A DNA stretch of 64,000 nt from Gammaproteobacteria bacterium (GTDB lineage Bacteria > Pseudomonadota > Gammaproteobacteria > Steroidobacterales > Rariloculaceae): NCBI GenBank assembly GCA_036381515.1, contig DASVCR010000074.1:6629-70628 (forward strand). Reading direction: 5' to 3'. This document shows, in pieces, positions 63,425 to 64,000 of this stretch (positions are counted from its first letter, which is position 1; each line of letters begins with the position of its first letter). The position numbers and the translations under genes were made by a program. The notes beneath the pieces are model-generated. The model saw nothing but the letters and a program-made list of their open reading frames with translations, did not search any database and was not told where the DNA came from.

Positions 63425-64000
63425 ATGCGTAGACGGACAGCGAGTTATGGCGCCCTTGCCGCGGCGGTGGTTCTCGCGTGCGGCGTTGCCAATGCCCAGG
63501 AGCGCGAGGAGCTCTCCGAGGCCGAGCGCGCCGAGGTCGAGCGGCAGACGGAGGAGCTCAGGCAGCGGACCGAGCAGCTGGAGCGACAAACGGAGCAGCT
63601 CGACGAGCAGACCGACGAGCTCGCGGAGGGGAACGAGGCCGTCGAGGAGCGGGAGCAGGAGATCGCCGAGCGCAGCGCCGAGGCCGCCGAGGAAGACGCC
63701 GAAGCGGTCGCGGACGAGCAGGAGCTCGAGCAGCGCCGCAACGAGATCATGCGGATGGCGGAAGAGACGCTGGACCAGCTGCGCGAGCAGAACCCTTCGG
63801 CTGCGGCGCTGTATGAGGAGGCGCACGGCTACGCGGTTTTCGATACGACGAAAGGCGGGCTGATCGTGACCGGTGCCGGCGGCACCGGCGTCGCGATGGA
63901 GAAGGACGGCGGCGAGCCGATCTTTATGCACCTCGGCCAGGCCGGCGTCGGCCTCGGTGCGGGCCTCGAGAACTATCGGCTCGTGATGCTGCTGGAGGAC
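63425..64000 (+). CDS. Lipoprotein with acidic coiled-coil region and SYLF (DUF500) lipid-binding domain; partial, continues past the window end
   Basis: The frame is open from ATG 63425 to the window end, so it is not in the track. MRRRTASYGALAAAVVLACG (lipobox). It has an E/Q-rich coiled coil followed by YAVFDTTKGGLIVTGAGGTGVAMEKDG...GQAGVGLGAG. Confidence 0.75.
   Translation, partial: MRRRTASYGALAAAVVLACGVANAQEREELSEAERAEVERQTEELRQRTEQLERQTEQLDEQTDELAEGNEAVEEREQEIAERSAEAAEEDAEAVADEQELEQRRNEIMRMAEETLDQLREQNPSAAALYEEAHGYAVFDTTKGGLIVTGAGGTGVAMEKDGGEPIFMHLGQAGVGLGAGLENYRLVMLLED

Noticed and set aside
1-64000. Search by eye for tRNA/rRNA/tmRNA, transposase, integrase, phage or plasmid genes
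   Set aside because: I found no T-loop-like GGTTCGAATCC-type motifs, no rRNA-like stretches, and no DDE or tyrosine/serine recombinase motifs in any credible frame. This absence is by inspection only and should be confirmed with tRNAscan-SE/Infernal/ISEScan.

Overview
Very G+C-rich bacterial chromosomal segment. The taxon cannot be assigned from sequence alone; a proteobacterial-type environmental organism is plausible. I support about 47 protein-coding genes. No rRNA, tRNA, CRISPR array, transposase or integrase was recognised by eye. Most long ORFs in the six-frame track are antisense or alternate-frame artefacts of the G+C bias. Real genes were chosen by GC3 bias, sensible start/RBS context and recognisable motifs.

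Gene content, left to right:
- A partial PAS sensor.
- Several secreted or membrane hypotheticals, two of them paralogous.
- An O-methyltransferase.
- A DUF1592 (haem-c motif) / DUF1552 / secreted ankyrin trio.
- A Tat-exported Asp-nucleophile alpha/beta hydrolase.
- Two small low-G+C patches carrying orphan ORFs followed by attC-like imperfect palindromes, with no integrase in the window.
- An FG-GAP protein, a VOC-esterase fusion and a PQQ-type sugar dehydrogenase.
- A TetR regulator with a clear double palindromic operator.
- A Tat-FAD oxidoreductase / Ig-like protein / cytochrome c trio.
- A CadC-like regulator.
- A 14-kb sigma54-preceded transporter operon: ABC ATPase, giant ABC-2 permease, MFP, RND pump, an RND pump fused in frame to an ABC ATPase, and an ABC-2 permease.
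- NfeD-SPFH, a PAS histidine kinase, and hydrolases.
- A slightly lower-G+C, translationally coupled three-gene operon.
- DUF763, a marR-emrAB-like efflux operon and a partial SYLF lipoprotein.

Top candidates for something undescribed:
1. The operon at 53593-58399. It encodes a double winged-helix protein, a 709-aa P-loop NTPase, and a PD-(D/E)XK nuclease fused to an FtsK-type DNA translocase. It looks like a DNA-targeting conflict or defence module that I cannot match to any named system.
2. The RND::ABC-ATPase fusion at 39668-44431 inside a hybrid ABC/RND operon.

A genome-specific REP-like hairpin repeat (core GTGTCAGACAC flanked by AAAATC/CTTTTT) occurs in clusters at three intergenic sites.
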